Origin: an uncultured Verrucomicrobiaceae bacterium
Lineage (GTDB): Bacteria > Verrucomicrobiota > Verrucomicrobiia > Verrucomicrobiales > Verrucomicrobiaceae
Direction: 5' to 3'
DNA length: 64,000 nt
Assembly (NCBI GenBank): GCA_964553805.1
Contig: CAZKMS010000008.1
Span: 399-64,398 of the forward strand
Made by a program: the position numbers and the translations under genes. Below the pieces are notes generated by a model, which saw only the letters and a list, made by a program, of their open reading frames with translations, searched no databases and was not told where the DNA came from. Shown in pieces: positions 26,966-34,771 of this stretch (position 1 is the stretch's first letter; every line of letters begins with the position of its first letter).

Positions 26966-28389
26966 GCGCCTTCGACTACGACTTCACCGTCATCGGCGGC
27001 GGCAGCGCTGGCTACGCCGCGGCCCGCACCGCCGCTGACCTCGGCTTGAAGACGGCGGTCATCGATGGCGCCGGGGAGCTGGGCGGTCTCTGCATTCTGC
27101 GCGGCTGCATGCCAAGCAAAGCGCTGATCGAATCCGCCAACCGCGCCCTTACTCTGCGCCGCGCCTCCGAGTTTGGCCTGAGTTCAAACCCAGCCGCGCC
27201 CGATCTGCACGCCATCCGTGATCGCAAACGCGCTCTCATCACCGACTTCGCGAGTTACCGCCAGCAGCAGTTGGCGAGCGGCCGCTTCGGCCTCGTTCGC
27301 GCGCACGCGACGTTTGTGGACGCCCACACCCTGCGTCTCCAGCCAGTCGATGGCGAATCCAGCCGCACCCTGACTTCGCGCTTTTTCCTCATCGCAACCG
27401 GCTCCGAAGCCAGCATCCCACCCATCCCTGGTTTGGCTGGCAGCGGGTTTTGGACCAGCGATGATGTGCTCGACACCGATCAATTGCCCGCCTCCATCAC
27501 CATCCTCGGCGGCGGGGCCATCGCGTTGGAAATGGCGCATTACCTGAACGCGCTCGGCACTGCGGTCACGCTCATCCAACGCAGCCGGCAGCTCCTGGCC
27601 GGGGTCGATCCCGAAGCCAGCGATGTCATTGTCCGCGCCTACCGCGCACGCGGCATGACCGTTCATTGTGGCACCAAGATTCACCGTGTCGCCAGTGATG
27701 GCGGCAGCAAAAGGGTTCATTTTGCTGACAGCGACGGCAAGGAACATCACGCCACTTCGGCGCAGATCCTCGTCGCATTGGGCCGTCAGCCAGCCACCGG
27801 CAATCTGGGCCTCAATCATGCCGGCGTTCGTCTCGACGGCAAAAAAATCGCCGTCCGTGCCAGTCAACAGAGCAGCCAGGCGCACATCTTTGCCGCTGGC
27901 GACGTGTGCAGTCCTCTGGACGTCGTGCATCTCGCCATTCAGCAGGGCGAGACCGCCGCCCGCAATGCTGCGCGCCTGCATGCCTCCCGTCCAGAGCCGC
28001 TCGAAGAAATGGACTACCGCCTGCAGCTCTTCGGCGTCTTTTCCCATCCGCAGGTCGCCGCCGTTGGCGCCAGCGAGGAGGAACTGCGCAGAGCCAATAC
28101 GCCCTACGCTGCCGCCAGCCACCCCTTCGACGATCATGGCAAGTCGATGGTCATTGGGGAGACTGAAGGCTTTGTCAAACTGCTCGCCCACCGGGAAACC
28201 GGCGAAATCCTCGGCGGTCTTTGCGTCGGCCCTGAAGCGACCGAACTCATTCATGAAATCGTGGTCGCCATGCATTATCGCGCCACCGCAGCCGCTCTGG
28301 CCGCCATTCCGCATTACCATCCCACGCTTTCGGAAATCTGGACCTACCCCGCCGAAGAGCTGGCACTGCTTCCCACGTCAACGAACTGA
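26962..28389 (+). CDS. FAD-dependent pyridine nucleotide-disulfide oxidoreductase (dihydrolipoyl dehydrogenase / mercuric reductase-like)
   Basis: FTVIGGGSAGYAAA, redox-active disulfide GGLCILRGCMPSK, second Rossmann ITILGGGAIALEMA, dimerisation HYHPTLSE. The GTG start overlaps the glgA stop (GTGA at 26962-26965). Confidence 0.85.
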   Translation: MSAFDYDFTVIGGGSAGYAAARTAADLGLKTAVIDGAGELGGLCILRGCMPSKALIESANRALTLRRASEFGLSSNPAAPDLHAIRDRKRALITDFASYRQQQLASGRFGLVRAHATFVDAHTLRLQPVDGESSRTLTSRFFLIATGSEASIPPIPGLAGSGFWTSDDVLDTDQLPASITILGGGAIALEMAHYLNALGTAVTLIQRSRQLLAGVDPEASDVIVRAYRARGMTVHCGTKIHRVASDGGSKRVHFADSDGKEHHATSAQILVALGRQPATGNLGLNHAGVRLDGKKIAVRASQQSSQAHIFAAGDVCSPLDVVHLAIQQGETAARNAARLHASRPEPLEEMDYRLQLFGVFSHPQVAAVGASEEELRRANTPYAAASHPFDDHGKSMVIGETEGFVKLLAHRETGEILGGLCVGPEATELIHEIVVAMHYRATAAALAAIPHYHPTLSEIWTYPAEELALLPTSTN

Positions 28390-28428
28390 CAATGAACGGG
28401 CCGTGACGCGAAAATTTCCAGCGGAGCA

Positions 28429-28458
28429 TTGACAGCCTAGTGATTTCATCGGTAAATA
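28429..28458 (+). promoter_or_regulatory. sigma70-like promoter candidate for the bactofilin gene
   Basis: TTGACA (28429-28434), 18 nt spacer, TAAATA (28453-28458). The ATG at 28467 lies 8 nt downstream. Confidence 0.3.
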
Positions 28459-28466
28459 GCCGTCTC

Positions 28467-28988
28467 ATGTTACGAAAAATCATCGGCGACCCCAACGAAG
28501 GAGCGGCCCAGGCCGCCCCCAAACCGCCTCAGGCTCCCAGCGCTGAGCGCGCCCCCCTGATCTCTCCCCCCCCTGCCTCGCAACCTCAACGCGCCTCCAT
28601 CCACTCCCCGTCCATGACCTCCACCAAAAACGTGCTCTCCAACGACGTCGAAATCAAAGGCTCGATCAAGTTCTCCCATGACCTCATCATTGACGGCCGC
28701 ATCGAGGGTGAAGTGATTTCCGATGGCGCTTTGACCGTCGGCGAAAACGCCGTCATCAAGGGCGAAATCAAGACCCGCACGGTTGTCATTTTCGGCAAGG
28801 TGGAGGGCAACGTCGTCGTCGTCGAGCGCTGCGAATTGAAGAGCAACGCCACCCTCATCGGCGACATCACCGCTGGCACCCTTTCCATTGAGGAAGGCGC
28901 CACCTTCGACGGCCGGTCCGCCGTGGGTCGCAAACCCGACGCCAATCGCCCCTCCGCTCCGGCGCCGGCCCCCAAACCCCAGGGCTGA
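28467..28988 (+). CDS. bactofilin-family cytoskeletal protein
   Basis: Beta-helical repeat core VEIKGSIKFSHDLIIDGRIEGEVISDGALTVGENAVIKGEIKTRTVVIFGKVEGNVVVVERCELKSNATLIGDITAGTLSIEEGATFDG with Pro/Ala-rich tails. The track ORF opens at 28440. Confidence 0.85.
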   Translation: MLRKIIGDPNEGAAQAAPKPPQAPSAERAPLISPPPASQPQRASIHSPSMTSTKNVLSNDVEIKGSIKFSHDLIIDGRIEGEVISDGALTVGENAVIKGEIKTRTVVIFGKVEGNVVVVERCELKSNATLIGDITAGTLSIEEGATFDGRSAVGRKPDANRPSAPAPAPKPQG

Positions 28989-29020
28989 CCCCGCGTCCGC
29001 CCGCAACTTCGTAGCCGCTC

Positions 29021-30139
29021 GTGCTCAAGGGGCTCTTTGGCACCCCAAAATCCATCCTGCCGCCGCCACCGAAGAATCAAATCGAGGTGGCCTGTCCGGC
29101 TTGTGGCGCTGCCCAATACGAGCCCAAGCTCGTCGTCTCGACTTTTTGCAAGTCCTGCGGCGTCCATTTGAGCATTCACAAACGCAAGGTCACAGCTTCC
29201 AGCGTGACGCGCAGTGGCGCGGTCGGCGTCAACGATCTTTGGGACAAAGCCATGCCGCCCGGCAGCAAGAAAGCGGCAGAGCCTCCCGTTGTCGCGGCGC
29301 CGGCCCAGGTTGCCAGCCCGCTTCCCTCGCCGGCACCCGTATCGAAGTTGGAACCGCTGACGGAATCAGCTCCCGCGCCCCCCGGGCAGCCAAGCGCGGA
29401 GGATGCGGCCCAAGCCGGTTTCGGGGCGTTTCTGCAAGCCGTTTCGCCGTCCCCTTCCACGCTGCCTCAGCGCCAGCCGGTTGAAGCGCCGGCGCCCGTG
29501 CCGCAGGCACCCGTCGAGCCGCTCATTCCCTCGACTCCCGCGCCGCCGCCAAACTCCACCCTGGAGAAAATGAAGTCGCAGAGCGTTTACCGGCAGCAGT
29601 ATTTCAAGGACGTCGAATGCTTTGAGTGCCGGCATGTGTTCAAAGTCAGCCGCTCCATGCGGTCCGCCGAGTGCACCAGTTGCGGCGCAACGGTCTGCAT
29701 TGAGGATATCGACATCAACCTCTACGTCACGGCTCCTGTCCGCACCCGCGGTGATGTCATCATTCGCAAGCCCGGACATGTCGCCACCGAATTCATCGAG
29801 TGCCGAGACCTCCGCTGCCTCGGCATCATCGACGCGGCCGTGCGCTGCCAGAATGAAGCTGTTTTCCGCACCGAAGGCACCATCAAAGGCCCGGTCAATT
29901 GCCGCAAACTCACCATCGAAAAAGGCGCCGATGTCACCTTCCTCGATCCCGTTCATGCCGGCGACATGCACATCAATTCCCGCGTCACCGGCGAACTCCG
30001 CGCCACCGGCAAAATCGTCATCGGACCTTATGGCTCGGTGAATGGTGATGTCACCGCCCGCTCTGTCGCCATCGAACCCGGAGGCGAGCTCAATGGCGGC
30101 ATGAACATCGTTCGCGGCGGCGCATCTCCCACCGCCTGA
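29021..30139 (+). CDS. double zinc-ribbon protein with a C-terminal bactofilin-like beta-helix
   Basis: CPACGAAQYEPKLVVSTFCKSCG, then a P/A-rich linker, then CFECRHVFKVSRSMRSAECTSCG. The C-terminus has bactofilin-like repeats: VRTRGDVIIRKPGHV...VNCRKLTIEKGADV...RVTGELRATGKIVIGPYGSVNGDVTARSVAIEPGGELNG. Confidence 0.6.
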   Translation: MLKGLFGTPKSILPPPPKNQIEVACPACGAAQYEPKLVVSTFCKSCGVHLSIHKRKVTASSVTRSGAVGVNDLWDKAMPPGSKKAAEPPVVAAPAQVASPLPSPAPVSKLEPLTESAPAPPGQPSAEDAAQAGFGAFLQAVSPSPSTLPQRQPVEAPAPVPQAPVEPLIPSTPAPPPNSTLEKMKSQSVYRQQYFKDVECFECRHVFKVSRSMRSAECTSCGATVCIEDIDINLYVTAPVRTRGDVIIRKPGHVATEFIECRDLRCLGIIDAAVRCQNEAVFRTEGTIKGPVNCRKLTIEKGADVTFLDPVHAGDMHINSRVTGELRATGKIVIGPYGSVNGDVTARSVAIEPGGELNGGMNIVRGGASPTA

Positions 30140-30159
30140 CCGGCGTTCCTTTTTATATT

Positions 30160-31101
30160 ATGGCCGTTCTCAGCGCCCCCTCGATTCAGGATGAAATCTT
30201 GCGCCTCAAAAAGGAGCGCAACGCGGTCATTCTCGCGCACAACTATCAAAGCCGCGATATTCAGGAAATCGCCGATTTTGTCGGTGACTCGCTCGGCCTC
30301 TCCTACCACGCCAAAGAGGCCGACGCCGACGTGATCGCCTTTTGCGGCGTGCATTTCATGGCCGAGACTGCCAAGATCGTCAATCCCGGCAAAATCGTCG
30401 TCCTTCCGGACGCGGACGCTGGTTGTTCACTTGAGCAAAGCTGCCCTGGCCCGCAGTTGGAGGCCTTCCTCAAAGCCAACGCCGACAAGAACTACTACGT
30501 CATCGCCTACATCAACTGCTCCGCTCACGTGAAAGCGCTGAGCGACTGCATCTGCACCAGCGGCAACGCCATCAAAATTGTTGAAGCCGCCCCTGCCGAC
30601 CGGCCGATTCTTTTCGTGCCCGACCAAAACCTCGGCTCCTGGGTCATGGAGAAAACCGGCCGCCAGATGGAGCTTTGGAAGGGCGCCTGCTACGTCCATG
30701 TCGAGTTCACCCGCGACAGCATCGCCGCCATCCAGGAGCAGTATCCCATGGCGCCGGTCGTTGCCCACCCGGAGTGCACCTACGCCGTGCGTCTGCTGGC
30801 CGACGAGGTCTGCTCCACCGAGAAGATGGTGCACTACTGCCGCGACCATCCCGCCGACACCTTCATCATCGTCACCGAGTCCGGCATGCTGCACCGTCTC
30901 GAGCGCGAGGTGCCCGGCAAAAAGTTCATCCCCGGCCCCACCGGCCACTGCGCCTGCGCCGACTGCCGCTACATGAAGATGAACACCCTGCAAAAGCTGC
31001 ACGACGCCCTGCTCCATCTTCAGCCCCGCGTCGAATTGCCTGAGGACATTCGTGCCCGTGCGGAGAAGCCCATTCTGCGCATGCTGGAGCTCAGCCGTTG
31101 A
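30160..31101 (+). CDS. nadA: quinolinate synthase
   Basis: ILAHNYQSRDIQEIADFVGDSL...FCGVHFMAETAKI...AYINCSA...VAHPEC...VTESGM is the canonical NadA pattern. Confidence 0.92.
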   Translation: MAVLSAPSIQDEILRLKKERNAVILAHNYQSRDIQEIADFVGDSLGLSYHAKEADADVIAFCGVHFMAETAKIVNPGKIVVLPDADAGCSLEQSCPGPQLEAFLKANADKNYYVIAYINCSAHVKALSDCICTSGNAIKIVEAAPADRPILFVPDQNLGSWVMEKTGRQMELWKGACYVHVEFTRDSIAAIQEQYPMAPVVAHPECTYAVRLLADEVCSTEKMVHYCRDHPADTFIIVTESGMLHRLEREVPGKKFIPGPTGHCACADCRYMKMNTLQKLHDALLHLQPRVELPEDIRARAEKPILRMLELSR

Positions 31102-31314
31102 ACTCCAAAAAGGCGCCTCCTCTCGCCTTTCCAACCGCACCATCTTAGAGGCTCGTTTCAACAAGGTTGAAGAGTCTGCAAGGAAAGCCCCCTCTTGAGG
31201 GTCTCCTTTCCCCGCTACAACCCTTCCCTCCTCTGTGTCCCTCCGTGGTAATTTGATCCCCCTCAAAATCGCCATTTTCAAATTTCAAATCGCCGATTTC
31301 CGTATTCCTCCCCC

Positions 31315-32913
31315 GTGTCCCTCCGCCGCGAAAAACCCGACTTCCGCGCCCGCCTGCGCGACGTGCCGCACCAGCCCGGCGTCTACGTCATGCGCGACCG
31401 GTTGAACCGCGTGATTTACGTCGGCAAAGCGCGCGACTTGCGCAAGCGACTCTCCAACTACTTCCAGCCCGCTCGCTCCAAGCTAGCCGACCGCAAGACC
31501 CGCGCGCTCATCGACAGCATCTGGGACTTCGACCTCCATCTCGTCCGCAACGAGCCCGAGGCGCTGCTGCTGGAGGGCCGCCTCATCAAAGAATTCCGCC
31601 CGCGCTACAATGTCAGCTTCCGCGATGACAAGCGCTTCCTCCTTGTCCGCCTGCACCCTGGCGACCCGTTTCCGCGCTTCTCCTTTACACGCTTGAAAAA
31701 GGACGATGGCGCCCGCTACTTCGGTCCCTTCGCCCACTCCGGCGCCCTGCGCACCACCATCAACTGGCTGAACAAACGCTTCGGCCTTCGCGTCTGCCGC
31801 CCTCAGCGTCCGGACGAGGATGACTACAAGCACTGCTCCAACGACATCATCAAAAACTGCTCCGCGCCCTGCATCGGCCGCATCAGCCGCGACGGCTATC
31901 TCGCGCGCATTGAGCAAGCCTGCGACTTCCTTGCCGGCAAATCCAAGGACCTCCTGCCGGCCTTGGAGAAGGAAATGCAGCACTACGCCGCAAAACTCGA
32001 CTTCGAGCGCGCCGCCGAACTGCGCGACATGATCGCCGACCTCAAAAAGACGCTGGAGCCCGCACGCGCCTTTGAGCGCGGTGCGCGCGCCCGGGTCGTC
32101 TCCACCCTCGACCCGATGGCGGACGTGCGCGAGTTGCAGGAGGAGCTGCATCTGGAACGCCCGCCGCTGGTGATGGAATGCTTCGACATCGCCAACATCG
32201 GCGCCACCCACTGCGTCGCCTCCATGGTGCGCTTCAAAAACGGCGTGCCGGACAACGCCAATTACCGCCGGTACCGCATCCGTACCACCAGCGGTCAGAA
32301 CGATTTTGTCGCCATGGCTGAGGTCATCCGCCGGCGCTTCTCCCGCATTCTGCTGGAAGGCCGCAAAGCGCTCGGCGAAGACGCCGATGTCACAGATGAA
32401 TCGCCCGTCGAAGTCATGCGGCGCTTGGAATCGCAAAATCAGCCGGCGATCCGAAACCCAAAATTCGTCACCCTTCCCGACTTGATCATCGTCGATGGCG
32501 GCAAAGGCCAGCTCTCCATGGCCATGCAGGAACTGCAGCGCCTCGGCCTGAGCGATTTGCCTGTCATCGGCCTCGCCAAGGAGCGCGAAGAGATTTACCG
32601 GCCCGGAGCAAGCGAACCGCTGCTCATTCCGCATGACCGCGGCGCTTTGAAATTGCTGCAGCGCATCCGCGACGAGGCGCACCGCTGGGCCAATGGCTAT
32701 CATCAACTGCTGCTGCGCCGCCGGGTGGACGCGAGCCTGCTCGATGACTGCCCCGGCGTGTCACAAAACCGCAAGGCCGCGCTCCTGAAAACATTCGGCT
32801 CCGTCGTTCGCCTGCGCGCCGCCACCCCTGAAGCCATCGCTGACGTTCCGGGCATTTCGAGCACTCTTGCCAGGCAAATCCACGAGTTCCTGGCTTCACG
32901 CAGGTCCTCTTGA
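31315..32913 (+). CDS. uvrC: excinuclease ABC subunit C
   Basis: GIY-YIG module PGVYVMRDRLNRVIYVGKARDLRKRL...EALLLEGRLIKEFRPRYN, UVR motif (EKEMQHYAAKLDFERAAELRDMI), and C-terminal endonuclease and HhH regions. GTG start. Confidence 0.92.
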   Translation: MSLRREKPDFRARLRDVPHQPGVYVMRDRLNRVIYVGKARDLRKRLSNYFQPARSKLADRKTRALIDSIWDFDLHLVRNEPEALLLEGRLIKEFRPRYNVSFRDDKRFLLVRLHPGDPFPRFSFTRLKKDDGARYFGPFAHSGALRTTINWLNKRFGLRVCRPQRPDEDDYKHCSNDIIKNCSAPCIGRISRDGYLARIEQACDFLAGKSKDLLPALEKEMQHYAAKLDFERAAELRDMIADLKKTLEPARAFERGARARVVSTLDPMADVRELQEELHLERPPLVMECFDIANIGATHCVASMVRFKNGVPDNANYRRYRIRTTSGQNDFVAMAEVIRRRFSRILLEGRKALGEDADVTDESPVEVMRRLESQNQPAIRNPKFVTLPDLIIVDGGKGQLSMAMQELQRLGLSDLPVIGLAKEREEIYRPGASEPLLIPHDRGALKLLQRIRDEAHRWANGYHQLLLRRRVDASLLDDCPGVSQNRKAALLKTFGSVVRLRAATPEAIADVPGISSTLARQIHEFLASRRSS

Positions 32914-32917
32914 GAAC

Positions 32918-33035
32918 CTGTCCGGCAAAGGATCAAATCGAGAGCGGCATGCCACTGCAGTCCAGGTAGAAAAGCTGGTGCGGCGCGCGGGGCAGCCGGC
33001 CTCACAGAGGCCGGCCACAGCATTTTGCCGGACAG
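32918..33035 (+). repeat. nested-hairpin (REP/MITE-like) element, copy A
   Basis: The outer arms ctgtccggcaaa (32918-32929) and tttgccggacag (33024-33035) are perfect 12-bp inverted repeats. The inner hairpin is gccggcctc-aca-gaggccggc (32995-33015). It begins 5 nt after the uvrC stop. Confidence 0.75.
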
Positions 33036-33099
33036 ACCTCAAGCCGCCATTCGACCACGCTTGCCAGCCGCGCAAGTGCGCCTAGTATGCGCGCGCCGC

Positions 33100-34689
33100 A
33101 TGAGCCATTACTTCACCACCCTCGACTGGTTTGTCCTCTTCGGTTACTTGGCGCTGACCACCTGGGTGGGGCATCGTATGCGCGGTACTCAGTCGAGCAT
33201 TCGCGACTTCTTTCTCGGCGGCCGCAAGCTGCCTTGGATGGCCGTCACCGGCTCCATCATCGCCACCGAGATCTCCGGTGTCACCTTCATCGGCGTGCCG
33301 GGTGGCGTGATGGCGGCAAACGGCGACTTCACCTACCTGCAGTGGGCCATCGGCTCCATCCTCGCCCGCGTCGTCGTCGGCCTCGTCTTTGTTCGCGTCT
33401 TCTACGAACGGGAGATCTACAGTCCCTACGACTACATGAGCCACCGCCTGGGCAAGCCGGTCAAGACCCTGGCCACCGTGTTCTTTTTCATGGGGTCCAT
33501 CCTCGGCCAAAGCGTGCGCGTGCTCGTTGCGGCTCTGCCGCTGCGCGTCGTCACCGGCATGCCGTTTGAATGGTGCATCATCACCATCGGTGTCTTCGCC
33601 CTGATCTGGACGCTGATGGGCGGCATGACCACCGTCATTTGGACGGACGTGATTCAATTCGCCCTGTTCACCTTTGGCGGCCTCCTGGCTCTGGGCTGGA
33701 TCTGCGCCCAGATGGAGGGCGGTTTCGGAGCCATTTGGCAAATCGCCAGCGAGGCCGGCAAGACCCGCTTTTGGAACTTCGAGTGGGGCTTTGGAGCGGA
33801 GCTGGAGTTCACCTTCTGGGTCGCGGTCCTCGCCGTGCCCTTCCAAAACCTCACCGCCTTCGGTGTGGATCAACTCAACGCCCAGCGCATGTTCTGCTGC
33901 AAAAACGCGGGCGACGCCTCCAAGGCCATCATCTGGAGTTCGGTTGGCCAGTTGCTCACGCTGCTGATGCTGCTCGTCGGCGCGGCTCTCTACGCCTGGT
34001 ATCAAACACATCCACCTGCTGGCATGCTGGCGGATTTCGTGCAATGGGATGCCGCCAGTGGAATCCCGGGAGCGCGTGACAATGTCTTTCCTGCCTGGAT
34101 CGTCACCGAACTGCCACCCGGCATCAGCGGTCTGGTCCTCTCTGCCATCTTCGCCGCCAGCATCTCCAGCCTCGACTCCATCCTCGCCGCGCTCAGCCAG
34201 ACCACGCTCTCGCTTTGGCACCATCCAGAGCATGGCGACCATGACCAGCTCGACCATGACCGGCTTGTGCTGCAGTCCAAAATCCTCGTTGTTGTCTGGG
34301 GCCTGCTGCTCACCGGTTTTACCGCCTTGCTTTATGCCATCAAGGACGAGATTGCGATCCTGCCGCTCGCCTTCGGCATGACCACCTACACCATGGGGCC
34401 GCTGCTCGGCATGTTCCTCTGCGCCTTGCTTGGCAAAGGCAGCTTCCGCGGGCTCTTGCTCGGCTCGCTGCTTTCTTTTTTGCTCACCATGATGTTCCGC
34501 AATGATGTCTGGGGCCTTCTCATCAAACTGGATTGGATGACTCCGGAGACGCTCGCCTGGCTGCCCACCATGGTCATCGAGGACGGTGTGCTCAAACCGC
34601 GCTTCTCTTATGTCTGGATGTGGCCTGTCACCGCGCTACTGACCTTCCTCTGCGGGAGGTTCGTTCCCGGCAACAGCAAACGGCGCTAA
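33100..34689 (+). CDS. sodium:solute symporter (SSS) family transporter
   Basis: MSHYFTTLDWFVLFGYLALTTWVGHRMRG...FFLGGRKLPWMAVTGSIIATEISGVTFIGVPG is a typical SSS N-terminus, followed by about 13 TM segments. Confidence 0.85.
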   Translation: MSHYFTTLDWFVLFGYLALTTWVGHRMRGTQSSIRDFFLGGRKLPWMAVTGSIIATEISGVTFIGVPGGVMAANGDFTYLQWAIGSILARVVVGLVFVRVFYEREIYSPYDYMSHRLGKPVKTLATVFFFMGSILGQSVRVLVAALPLRVVTGMPFEWCIITIGVFALIWTLMGGMTTVIWTDVIQFALFTFGGLLALGWICAQMEGGFGAIWQIASEAGKTRFWNFEWGFGAELEFTFWVAVLAVPFQNLTAFGVDQLNAQRMFCCKNAGDASKAIIWSSVGQLLTLLMLLVGAALYAWYQTHPPAGMLADFVQWDAASGIPGARDNVFPAWIVTELPPGISGLVLSAIFAASISSLDSILAALSQTTLSLWHHPEHGDHDQLDHDRLVLQSKILVVVWGLLLTGFTALLYAIKDEIAILPLAFGMTTYTMGPLLGMFLCALLGKGSFRGLLLGSLLSFLLTMMFRNDVWGLLIKLDWMTPETLAWLPTMVIEDGVLKPRFSYVWMWPVTALLTFLCGRFVPGNSKRR

Positions 34690-34693
34690 GAGC

Positions 34694-34758
34694 CTATCCG
34701 GCAAATGAGCGGCCGGCCTCACAGAGGCCAGCTACAGCAGGAAGCATTTGCCGGACAG
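34694..34758 (+). repeat. nested-hairpin (REP/MITE-like) element, copy B
   Basis: Arms ctatccggcaaatg (34694-34707) and catttgccggacag (34745-34758) pair over 14 bp with one mismatch. The inner ggccggcctcacagaggccagc (34711-34732) matches copy A. It lies between the convergent stops at 34689 and 34772. Confidence 0.75.
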
Positions 34759-34771
34759 GCGCGCTAAGGAA

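Noticed and set aside
31109-31130. A hairpin after nadA (aaaggcg-cctcctct-cgccttt), and a weak hairpin after acpS (19596-19625), considered as terminators.
   Set aside because: The stems are short, and there is either no real U-tract beyond the stem or a very large loop. This is too weak to call.
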